Shown here one piece after another: positions 56,811 to 64,000 of a stretch of DNA of 64,000 nt. The notes under the pieces were generated by a model that worked only from the letters and a program-made list of their open reading frames with translations, had not been told where the DNA came from and ran no database searches. Made by a program: the position numbers and the translations under genes. The stretch lies in contig JACKGQ010000001.1 in assembly GCA_020631905.1 (NCBI GenBank), positions 549,854-613,853 on the forward strand, given 5' to 3'. The number at the start of each line of letters is the position of its first letter. The stretch's first letter is position 1. The stretch is from Candidatus Nomurabacteria bacterium (lineage in GTDB: Bacteria; Patescibacteriota; Saccharimonadia; Saccharimonadales; VXPC01).

Positions 56811-56825
56811 TTTTTGAATCCTTTC

Positions 56826-57350
56826 TTAACTTGCTTTGGCGGCAACTGCATCTAGCAGGCCGAGTAAATTGCCTTTGAGGGCCGAAACCACGTTAGTGGC
56901 AGGGCTTTTAAGAGTGTTTATAACACCGGCAATCAACTGTTCTTTACTTGGTAATTCAGCTAGAGTTTTCACTTCTTCAGCACTTAAAAAAGCACCTTCT
57001 GCAGAAATTGCACCCACAAACTCCAATGGAGCTTTAGAGTTTTTCACAAAAGATTTAATCGTTTGTGCTCCAGCAACTTCATCATCTGCATTAAAAACGT
57101 ACAGTAGCATGCTTGTCAGGGCGCTCGTATCAGCGTCTTTTAAGCTAGGATTAGCTTCGATAGCTTTTCTGACTAAGCGATTCTTAACAACCTTAACTAC
57201 ACTGTGATTGGTTTCTGCATCACGACGAAGTTCTTGAATTTGTTTAACGGTGATACCTTCGTATTTGGCTATCACAGTCATTTTTGAGTTTGCTAGCAGT
57301 TCTGTTAGCTCACTAACAATCTGTTGTTTTTTATCTCTCGAAAGAGCCAT
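56826..57350 (-). CDS. rplJ: 50S ribosomal protein L10
   Basis: 174 aa with an L10-like pattern, immediately upstream of rplL. AAAGGAGA SD upstream. Confidence 0.92.
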   Translation of the reverse strand: MALSRDKKQQIVSELTELLANSKMTVIAKYEGITVKQIQELRRDAETNHSVVKVVKNRLVRKAIEANPSLKDADTSALTSMLLYVFNADDEVAGAQTIKSFVKNSKAPLEFVGAISAEGAFLSAEEVKTLAELPSKEQLIAGVINTLKSPATNVVSALKGNLLGLLDAVAAKAS

Positions 57351-57504
57351 AATGTCTCCTTTATAGATATATTAAGAATCACGCTCGACTTTCACTTATA
57401 AAATAAGTGGCCTGATTCCAACGTGCTTTACACCAAAAAACTAAGTGGTGCTTAGGCGACAAATTAAGTGTTACCACAGTCGCTGTCTTTAGCTACGTGA
57501 CCGA

Positions 57505-57533
57505 ATTATAACAGAAATTCTATATCTAAACAA
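57505..57533 (-). promoter_or_regulatory. Putative promoter for rplJ-rplL, followed by a roughly 150-nt hairpin-rich leader
   Basis: Minus sense: TTGTTT (57533-57528), 17-nt spacer, TATAAT (57510-57505). The leader contains hairpins CACCA/TGGTG and CACTTAT/ATAAGTG. Confidence 0.45.
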
Positions 57534-57544
57534 GCAGCTAATTG

Positions 57545-59812
57545 CTAGTGTTTTGTGTCTTGAAGTTTTGCTAGCTTGCTCTGAGTGTATTTCTCGGCTG
57601 CAAGTCGAGTCAGTTCTGGATCTTCGTCTTTATTAACAAAAATCATCGCGCCTGCAGTTAGTGGATGGACGTCAGAAATTAATTGGTGCATCTTTTGGGC
57701 GATCCGCCGATAGTTTCTATGGCCTTGCGGCGAAGAACGTAGCTCGATAAAATGAAAAGCTTCCCGGGCATTTACAGTAAGCTTCCAACGCATTCTATGA
57801 CCTAGTAGTGTTACATATTGAGCCACAACGCTTCCATATTCTTCGAAAAGTTTTGAATAGATCATTGCAGAATCGTCGAAACAGCTCTCATAAATATCCG
57901 ACAATCCAGCTTTTTCAACCAACTCCGGTATATCGAAACCATATTTTGGAGTGAGTTCTTGCCATTCGAGGTCGCTCACAATCCGGTGTCGTTGTAGATC
58001 TCTGAATGCTCCGTAATCGCTAACTATGTCGAAACTATAGCTAATTCTTTCAAATGCCCGGCCAGGTTTCATACGTCGATTCAAGCGCTCACCGATGTAG
58101 TCCTCGAAAATACGAGTTTTCTCGTCGTAACTCCTTTGGCTAATCTCTGATACAATCGCACTTTCTGACAGGTCGCTAAAGCTATACAGCATGTGAGGCA
58201 CGATCTCGAGCTCATTATGTGGCCAGTAGCTTGTGAGTTGGATATCTTCTGGGAGTTCTGTTGGTAGTGGTAGCTCTTGTGCGTGTTGACGCATTTTAAG
58301 CGAGTTAGTGTATTGGTAATTACTCCTGGAGGCACCTTTGCCAGGTTGGTCGGTGCGTTCAAAAAATGCTGGTGCAAGCTTACGAACTTCTTCGAGTATT
58401 TTTTGACCTGTATGTCGGGCTTCGGCGGTAGGGTCGGCTAGTAAGCGCATTATCATATTGTCGTAACTTTGGGCGCTCGCATAGATACCTACAGTACTAG
58501 TTGTGGCGACCGGCAGTAAGCCTCGGGCTGCATCGCATGCTTGAGCGCGACAGGCCGATTTCCAAGCTGCATCTTGCTCTTTCTTAGGTACTTGTGAATT
58601 ATTCTGGACATATTCGTATAATTCCCGAACTATCTGACTATAGCGATCAAATATACTATCGAGAGTCGTAATATAAAGTTCTCTAAAACCATCGGTTATC
58701 TCTTGAGGCGTAAAATATTTATACTTTCCATCTGCATCTTTTTGATCGTAAAAGATATACCGGGTTGATTGCTCTAAGTAAGCCGCTAATCTGCCCCATT
58801 CAATTTTTTTAGTTAGCAAATTACTGGCGCGTTCTACGACTACATGTAGACCATTCAACTGCTGGACTGAGTCGTCGCCGTAAGCTGTAATAACTCGCCT
58901 CAGTAAATCACTATCACTACCTTTTTGGTCTAGAAATTCATCTACTAATATTGTTCTCATATCATCACCACGTCGGCTTAACCGTGCCATTGCTGCAGCG
59001 GCGGTTGTGGGACTAAGGTTTTCTGTTATTGCGTAAATGTTCGATTTTGTATCTGTAACGACATCTGATAGGTTATGTTTGTGATCTGTTTTAGGATTGG
59101 AAATTGTGCCTATAGAAATTTCCGACTCGTTTCTTAACGTAGCAGCGACCGGTACAGATTGTTTTACTTGCTTATCGCCTACAAGATTAATTGCATACTG
59201 AACATGTGTTACGATCTCTTGGTGCACATCGTGCGTAGGGCGGGAAGCGTCGATTACCGGTATGTTGCGATTTTTTGCCTCTTGGAGATAACCGCTACGA
59301 GCATTTTCTAAAAGAGATGATGACAAGTTGTCGAATCGCTCACCTTTATCAGCACTTTGCTTACGTTGTACCAACATCTCTACGGGTGCGTCTAAAATTA
59401 GCAGTACGTCTGGGTTAATTACTTCTGTTGCAAAAGAATTGATTAAGTCGATCTGCGAGTAATCTAGAGGTTTATCAGCGTCTAGATAATATTGATTAAT
59501 TAAAGTCGATATATAGTTTCTGTCAACTATACAGACAATTCCATTGTCGACATACATTTTGATTTTATCTAAGCTCTGACTGCGAGCCGCGTTGTATAAA
59601 AGAACCTCAGTACGCTTACTTAGGTCGTACTCCGGGTTTTGAGTTAAGCGTCGCAGCTGACGAGCTACTGCATCTGTCTGGCTATCGGGTTCACGCATTA
59701 TCTTGACACTCATACCACTTGCAGTTAGGGCTTGAGCCAACATGCTTGCCTGGGTAGTTTTGCCGACTCCCTGTCCACCTTCGATAACTATGTAGAGTCC
59801 ACGCTCAGTCAT
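57545..59812 (-). CDS. Fusion protein: thymidylate kinase (N-terminal) + extended ThyX-like FAD-dependent thymidylate synthase region (C-terminal)
   Basis: N-terminal about 215 aa: P-loop IEGGQGVGKTT, VDRNYIST (DRY-type) and lid RKQSADKGERFD. C-terminal about 490 aa carries the ThyX signature RHRIVS and ELRSSPQGHRNYR. Start set to ATG 59812 (GAAGGG 7 nt upstream), an 8-nt overlap (ATGACTGA) with dcd. Confidence 0.7.
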   Translation of the reverse strand: MTERGLYIVIEGGQGVGKTTQASMLAQALTASGMSVKIMREPDSQTDAVARQLRRLTQNPEYDLSKRTEVLLYNAARSQSLDKIKMYVDNGIVCIVDRNYISTLINQYYLDADKPLDYSQIDLINSFATEVINPDVLLILDAPVEMLVQRKQSADKGERFDNLSSSLLENARSGYLQEAKNRNIPVIDASRPTHDVHQEIVTHVQYAINLVGDKQVKQSVPVAATLRNESEISIGTISNPKTDHKHNLSDVVTDTKSNIYAITENLSPTTAAAAMARLSRRGDDMRTILVDEFLDQKGSDSDLLRRVITAYGDDSVQQLNGLHVVVERASNLLTKKIEWGRLAAYLEQSTRYIFYDQKDADGKYKYFTPQEITDGFRELYITTLDSIFDRYSQIVRELYEYVQNNSQVPKKEQDAAWKSACRAQACDAARGLLPVATTSTVGIYASAQSYDNMIMRLLADPTAEARHTGQKILEEVRKLAPAFFERTDQPGKGASRSNYQYTNSLKMRQHAQELPLPTELPEDIQLTSYWPHNELEIVPHMLYSFSDLSESAIVSEISQRSYDEKTRIFEDYIGERLNRRMKPGRAFERISYSFDIVSDYGAFRDLQRHRIVSDLEWQELTPKYGFDIPELVEKAGLSDIYESCFDDSAMIYSKLFEEYGSVVAQYVTLLGHRMRWKLTVNAREAFHFIELRSSPQGHRNYRRIAQKMHQLISDVHPLTAGAMIFVNKDEDPELTRLAAEKYTQSKLAKLQDTKH

Positions 59813-60545
59813 ACATGCACCCTTCAATAGGCAATGGTAAACGTCTAGTGTCTAGATAAGATCTTGGCAGCATCATATCTGGTGTCCATGTCTTAATTAG
59901 ATTCTCTAGATCAGTACCTTGTTGGTACTTTCCGGATGCAACAGCTTTGCGCCCAAGACCATAGTCGCCATCAACTTTGCCGGTGTGGTGAAATACTGCT
60001 TGGGCAATTCGTTCGCCTACAGGAATCAAAACAGTCTCGTGCTCGTTTAGGTTATATATTTCTAGAGTTAAACGATTTATGTAACCTGGATCTACCCAGC
60101 CGGCATCGAAACAAACAGCCACTCCGTTGCGTGCCCAAGAACTACGGGCGTGTAAAGTAAATGCTCCTGGGGGCTTAATACCAAAAAACTCATGTGTATG
60201 GGCAAGGATTCTTTCATTTGGACCTACGGCGATAACTGGATGATCGTCTGGAATGTTTAACAATGGCTTAAACCCATGTAGCTCGATCCATTTCTTATGC
60301 GGCATCGCCTTGTATGGGCCATCAAAATATCGTTCAACGTCTTCACGATCAAATGGGTTATATATAGTTCGTCGATTTTGTTGCTCGGCTCTAAAATAGT
60401 AGTAGCCCAAGGTAACATCAAGGCTAGCATGGGATACGTTATCGGGGTTAAATGGCTCACAAACAATATGCCCGTTTAGATGAGCGGTGAAGATCTGTGT
60501 ATTGCTATACACCCCACCCGCAGTGTGCGCTTGCGGTTCCTCCAT
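59805..60545 (-). CDS. dcd: dCTP deaminase family protein (dUTPase superfamily)
   Basis: 246 aa. ...SLDVTLG... and AGWVDPGYINRLTLEIYN match the dCTP deaminase motifs. TATAGT box (60555-60560) lies 9 nt upstream of the ATG (leaderless). Confidence 0.8.
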   Translation of the reverse strand: MEEPQAHTAGGVYSNTQIFTAHLNGHIVCEPFNPDNVSHASLDVTLGYYYFRAEQQNRRTIYNPFDREDVERYFDGPYKAMPHKKWIELHGFKPLLNIPDDHPVIAVGPNERILAHTHEFFGIKPPGAFTLHARSSWARNGVAVCFDAGWVDPGYINRLTLEIYNLNEHETVLIPVGERIAQAVFHHTGKVDGDYGLGRKAVASGKYQQGTDLENLIKTWTPDMMLPRSYLDTRRLPLPIEGCMYD

Positions 60546-60612
60546 AGTGCTTAAACTATAGCTTTTTCAAATCAAACTGTCTGTTGTAATTATTTATGAA
60601 TTAGTCTCAGTC

Positions 60613-60639
60613 AAAAAAACGAGCCCATTTATGGGCTCG
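60613..60639 (-). terminator. Intrinsic terminator after rplA
   Basis: Minus sense: CGAGCCCA-uaaa-UGGGCUCG followed by a U7 tract. Confidence 0.8.
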
Positions 60640-60669
60640 AATAGGTTGCTTAGCAGTCTCTAGATATGA

Positions 60670-61650
60670 CTACATTTCAAACTTGATAGAAGGTCCCATG
60701 GTAGTTGTGGTAAAACAACTAAGTACGTAAACACCTTTTACGCTACTTGGTTTGTTGTTTTGGACGCTTTCAATTACTGCTTTGGCATTAACATTTAGCT
60801 TGGCTGCACCAAAACTCACTTTACCTATGCCTATGTGCACAATTCCGCTTTCATCTACTCGGTATTCTACCTTACCACCTTTTGATTCTTTGACTGCTTT
60901 AGCAACATCTGTAGTTACGGTACCGCTTTTAGGATTTGGCATTAGACCTTTTGGTCCGAGTAATCTTGCGTACTTACTTAATTTGACCATCATTGGCGGA
61001 GTTGCAACAAGCACATCAAAATTAATTTCTTCTTTATCTAGCTGCTGTAAGAATTCGTCGCTTCCAGCAATATCAGCACCAGCTGTTAATGCTTTTTTTA
61101 CATCCGCTTCATCTGCAAAAACTGCTACTCGAAGTGTTTTGCCAGTTCCTTCTGGTAAAACAATTGAGTCACGGATGTTTTGGTCGGCATGCTTAGGATC
61201 GACATTTAAACGAATGTGTAGTTCGACGCTTGCATCAAACTTTACGGTCGAAGTTTTGCAAGCTAATTCTAGAGCTTGGGCTAAATTATATGTTTGATTA
61301 TTATCGATTAGTTTTACTAGCTCTCGATATTTTTTACCACGTCGCTCTAAACGAGTTCGCGTCTTTGGAGCCGGATTTTTCTTAATTGGATCAGGTAATT
61401 CGGCAGACTCGGCTTTTCGAGCTTCTTTTGCAACCTTTTCTTCTGCTTCGGCTAGAGCCTTAGCGCTGCGTTTACCTGCCTTAGCTACTACAGCTTCGTG
61501 CTCATCGGTTGGCAGAGCTTCTTTATCGTGTTTGTTGGGCTCGGCTTGAGCTATGAGTTCTCGTAGTTCAGCCATAGTATTAGAGGTATTGACATGTACA
61601 ATACCTAATTCTTTTGCTTTGATAATTAGATCGGCTTTGGTTTCAGCCAT
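60670..61650 (-). CDS. rplA: 50S ribosomal protein L1 with about 100-aa N-terminal extension (Rho_N/HeH-like + K/A/E-rich)
   Basis: The canonical L1 core starts near RGKKYRELVKLID...KFDASVELHIRLNVDPKHADQNIR. Start set to ATG 61650 (GAAGGAGA SD 5 nt upstream) rather than TTG 61671. Confidence 0.9.
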   Translation of the reverse strand: MAETKADLIIKAKELGIVHVNTSNTMAELRELIAQAEPNKHDKEALPTDEHEAVVAKAGKRSAKALAEAEEKVAKEARKAESAELPDPIKKNPAPKTRTRLERRGKKYRELVKLIDNNQTYNLAQALELACKTSTVKFDASVELHIRLNVDPKHADQNIRDSIVLPEGTGKTLRVAVFADEADVKKALTAGADIAGSDEFLQQLDKEEINFDVLVATPPMMVKLSKYARLLGPKGLMPNPKSGTVTTDVAKAVKESKGGKVEYRVDESGIVHIGIGKVSFGAAKLNVNAKAVIESVQNNKPSSVKGVYVLSCFTTTTMGPSIKFEM

Positions 61651-61729
61651 AGTTTCTCCTTCGTGGTTCAAACGTGCGTATTCTTAAGCACTCCCACAAA
61701 ATTTATTTAACAGATGTATTGTACTAAAT

Positions 61730-62083
61730 TTATTGTTTTTCTTCAACTGGCTGTTGGTCATTGTCATCACTGGTCGAATCATCAGAAACAAGTTGCAGGC
61801 CGGAACTACCCATAATGCTCGCCAAAACCTGGTTTTCGTTGCGCAGCTCATGAATAAGTTCAGCCTCTTCGAGTATTAACTTATGCCAAAACTCAACTAA
61901 CTCGTCGTGGGTCATCTCACGCATTTTTTCGAATATACTTAAAATGCGTTGTTTGCGTTCATCGAGATTTTCTTGATCGTCTAGTGCGTATTCAAAGCTA
62001 TCGATTGGATGTGGTTTTCTGATACTCACCTCCCTACCAGTGTTATTCGACTTCGACGCCCATACTGCGAGCGGTGCCGGCAA
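61730..62083 (-). CDS. Hypothetical acidic protein inserted between rplK and rplA
   Basis: 117-aa ORF from the TTG start, overlapping the rplK 3' end by 41 nt. An internal GGGAGGTGA (62022-62030) suggests a later start near 62029 or just downstream. No family recognised. Confidence 0.35.
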   Translation of the reverse strand: MPAPLAVWASKSNNTGREVSIRKPHPIDSFEYALDDQENLDERKQRILSIFEKMREMTHDELVEFWHKLILEEAELIHELRNENQVLASIMGSSGLQLVSDDSTSDDNDQQPVEEKQ

Positions 62084-62474
62084 CCATATTTTTAACAGAA
62101 TCTATACGATTTGTATTCATATCAACGGCTTTCTTTTCGGCAATTTCCTGAAGTTGTGATTGGCTTAACTTTTTGGCAAGTTTGGTTTTATTTGGTTCAC
62201 CGCTTCCTTTGTCTACTCCCAGGGCTTTGCGAATTAAATCATCAGTTGGCATGCCAACAATACGCCATTTCATAGTTCGATCTTCGAAAATAGTAATGTG
62301 TACAGTTAATTCTTCACCCTGACGGTCTTTGGTGGCGTCGTTAAACGGATTAATGAAATCCATCATGTTTACACCGTGCTGTCCAAGCGTACTACCTACA
62401 GGTGGGGCTGCACTTGCTTGTCCAGCTCGAATTTTCATTTTTAAATTAGCTTTTATAGGATTGGCATCTGCCAT
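62043..62474 (-). CDS. rplK: 50S ribosomal protein L11
   Basis: 143 aa. ...IRAGQASAAPPVGSTLGQHGVNMMDF... is the L11 N-terminal signature. Confidence 0.93.
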   Translation of the reverse strand: MADANPIKANLKMKIRAGQASAAPPVGSTLGQHGVNMMDFINPFNDATKDRQGEELTVHITIFEDRTMKWRIVGMPTDDLIRKALGVDKGSGEPNKTKLAKKLSQSQLQEIAEKKAVDMNTNRIDSVKNMVAGTARSMGVEVE

Positions 62475-62547
62475 GTATTTTCTCCAAGATTTATTGATAA
62501 AACTGCAGTTGAAGCATTCCTGCGTTCATCTTGTGCGTAACCGCAAG

Positions 62548-62577
62548 ATTATACTAAAAGATAAGAAATTTGTCCAA
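62548..62577 (-). promoter_or_regulatory. Putative promoter for rplK
   Basis: Minus sense: TTGGAC (62577-62572), 18-nt spacer, TATAAT (62553-62548), followed by a structured roughly 70-nt leader and a GGAGAA SD. Confidence 0.5.
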
Positions 62578-62593
62578 TCTTAGTCTTAATTGT

Positions 62594-63124
62594 TTAATCT
62601 GTCACAGATATCCCGGCTTCTAAGGCCAGAACCGGAGATATCATTGTTAGTTGAGACGCTGATATGATTACCTGTTTAAGTGACGATATACCCCAAATAT
62701 CACTTAAGGTCGAATCTCGAAAATCGATCTTGTCTTTAACTACCATTGCACGCATATCGAGTTTACTCAACTCGCAATCGGCGAATCTTAATAGCTTAAG
62801 TACGCTTGCTTCGCAAAATAATGTGTCGTTGATTATACAGTTGTTGAAAGTGACTGATTTAAAAGTACCTTGCAAAAATGATGCTGTATCGATTTTGCAT
62901 CCGTAGAATTCTACCTGTTTAAGGTTAACCTTGGCTAAATTCGTTCCAGTAAAATTACAATCACTAAATTTCACTCTCACATAAGAGGATTCGGTTAAAT
63001 CTACTCCGACAAAGCTACATTTTTTGTAATGAATGTTGGCTTCGATGAATTTGTGTGTTGACTTAAGGCTGTAATCTTTGGCTATGACATCTACGAGTTG
63101 ATTATCCATACTCGCAGTATACAC
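62594..63124 (-). CDS. Pentapeptide-repeat protein
   Basis: 176 aa. Consecutive A(D/N)LxF-type pentapeptides (...CSFVGVDLTESSYVRVKFSDCNFTGTNLAKVNLKQVEFYGCKI...). Confidence 0.8.
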   Translation of the reverse strand: MYTASMDNQLVDVIAKDYSLKSTHKFIEANIHYKKCSFVGVDLTESSYVRVKFSDCNFTGTNLAKVNLKQVEFYGCKIDTASFLQGTFKSVTFNNCIINDTLFCEASVLKLLRFADCELSKLDMRAMVVKDKIDFRDSTLSDIWGISSLKQVIISASQLTMISPVLALEAGISVTD

Positions 63125-63162
63125 GACAACCTAGCCTCGAATAGTCTGCAGAACAGCTTTAA

Positions 63163-63708
63163 CTATGGGCGTTTAACCTGTAGGCTATCGAGCTCTACGG
63201 GAGTTTCACGACCAAACATGTTGACCAAGACCTTAATCTTGCCTTTTTGCGCATCGACTTCGCTAACAGCACCTTCTTGATCACGGAAAGGTCCATCAAT
63301 AATCTGGACAACGTCGCCTGGCTTGTAGTCAATTTTGTGTTTAGGTTGATCAACACCCATGCGTTTCATGATTTTTTCTATTTCGTCTTTACCGATTGGG
63401 GTTGGTTCTGTGCCACTGCCAACAAAGCCTGTCACGTTTGGTGTGTTGCGTACGATAAACCAGGCTTCCTCGCTCATTTTCATCTGCACAAGTACATAAC
63501 CTTGAAAAATTCGTTTTTCGACAACTCGGCGCTTACCATTTTTAATTTCGATTTGTTTTTCTTTTGGCACTAAAACATCGATTATCTTATCCTTCATATC
63601 AAGGCTCTCGGCGCGTTGCCTAATAGCCTCGGCCACTTTCTCTTCGTAGGCACTATAGGTATGAATTGCATACCATTGTTTTGTCGAATCATAACGTTTC
63701 TTAGTCAT
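63163..63708 (-). CDS. nusG: Transcription termination/antitermination factor NusG
   Basis: 181 aa. NGN domain (WYAIHTYSAYEEKV) and KOW (GDVVQIIDGPFRDQEGAV). Confidence 0.95.
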   Translation of the reverse strand: MTKKRYDSTKQWYAIHTYSAYEEKVAEAIRQRAESLDMKDKIIDVLVPKEKQIEIKNGKRRVVEKRIFQGYVLVQMKMSEEAWFIVRNTPNVTGFVGSGTEPTPIGKDEIEKIMKRMGVDQPKHKIDYKPGDVVQIIDGPFRDQEGAVSEVDAQKGKIKVLVNMFGRETPVELDSLQVKRP

Positions 63709-63924
63709 TTAGAATATTCCTTTCAAGAATTCTTTAATATTTTGAGATTCATTGAGAATAAGTTCTTGGAAAAGTTTGTCTAGTAGCCAGTCAAGTCCAG
63801 AAATAAAGATAGCAAATATACTAGCAAATAGAATTACAGCTAGAGTTAAGCGCAATGCTTCAGGTAATTTTGGCCATGTAACATTTCTAAGTTCGGTCCA
63901 AGAATTACGAAAATATGCCGGCAC
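63709..63924 (-). CDS. secE: Preprotein translocase subunit SecE
   Basis: 71 aa. ...ELRNVTWPKLPEALRLTLAVILFASIFAIFISGLDWL... gives a single TM. GTG start, directly abutting nusG. Confidence 0.85.
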   Translation of the reverse strand: MPAYFRNSWTELRNVTWPKLPEALRLTLAVILFASIFAIFISGLDWLLDKLFQELILNESQNIKEFLKGIF

Positions 63925-63939
63925 GAAATGTCTTGATTT

Positions 63940-63969
63940 CGTTATAAAAGACCAGCGACTCTGCTCGCT
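63940..63969 (-). terminator. Possible terminator of the gene upstream of secE (beyond the window)
   Basis: Minus sense: AGCGA-gcagag-UCGCU (63954-63969) followed by GGUCUUUUAUAA. Confidence 0.4.
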
Positions 63970-64000
63970 ATGCGTATGAGTTTGTACCGATTGCCCGAGA

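Noticed and set aside
1-64000. CRISPR arrays, integrase/transposase/recombinase genes, rRNA genes, prophage structural genes
   Set aside because: I looked for regularly spaced direct repeats and for tyrosine/serine recombinase or DDE motifs in all listed ORFs and found none. The accessory cassette therefore has no self-encoded mobility gene in this window.

Overview
Gene-dense bacterial chromosome segment with about 60 CDS, many overlapping by 1-30 nt, one tRNA and no rRNA. The gene content (phosphoketolase + acetate kinase, many orphan ORFs, reduced or fused housekeeping genes) suggests a small-genome Gram-positive-like or CPR/Saccharibacteria-type organism; this is inference only. The housekeeping backbone is xfp-ackA, typA, thrC, cysS, dnaX-dnaB-ybaB-recR, and a rearranged secE-nusG-rplK-rplA-rplJ-rplL cluster interrupted by a dcd + tmk::thyX dTTP module. 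The main point of interest is an accessory cassette at about 21.46-28.04 kb. It is bounded by two related AT-rich palindromes, a 34-bp perfect one and a 28-bp 11-6-11 one whose arms resemble Xer/dif arms. The cassette holds an SRA-HNH modification-dependent nuclease and a tightly translationally coupled four-gene operon. That operon encodes a MazG-like NTP pyrophosphohydrolase, a DUF2075 PD-(D/E)XK nuclease-SF1 helicase, an ABC/OLD-like ATPase with a degenerate Toprim-like tail, and a DUF2130 zinc-ribbon coiled-coil nuclease-like protein. A roughly 165-nt rod-like hairpin RNA candidate lies in the operon's upstream region. I propose the operon as a candidate undescribed multi-nuclease, nucleotide-targeting anti-phage system. 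I could not run any database search to confirm novelty. Other notable items:
- an ABC-F (ARE-like) gene behind a promoter / 7-codon leader ORF / terminator attenuator;
- a roughly 340-nt highly structured unclassified leader upstream of cysS with terminator/antiterminator logic;
- an E. coli-like A-AAA-AAG -1 frameshift site in dnaX;
- several apparently leaderless promoters;
- a PPDK-type dikinase-like orphan.
All coordinates and pairings were derived by hand from the sequence.
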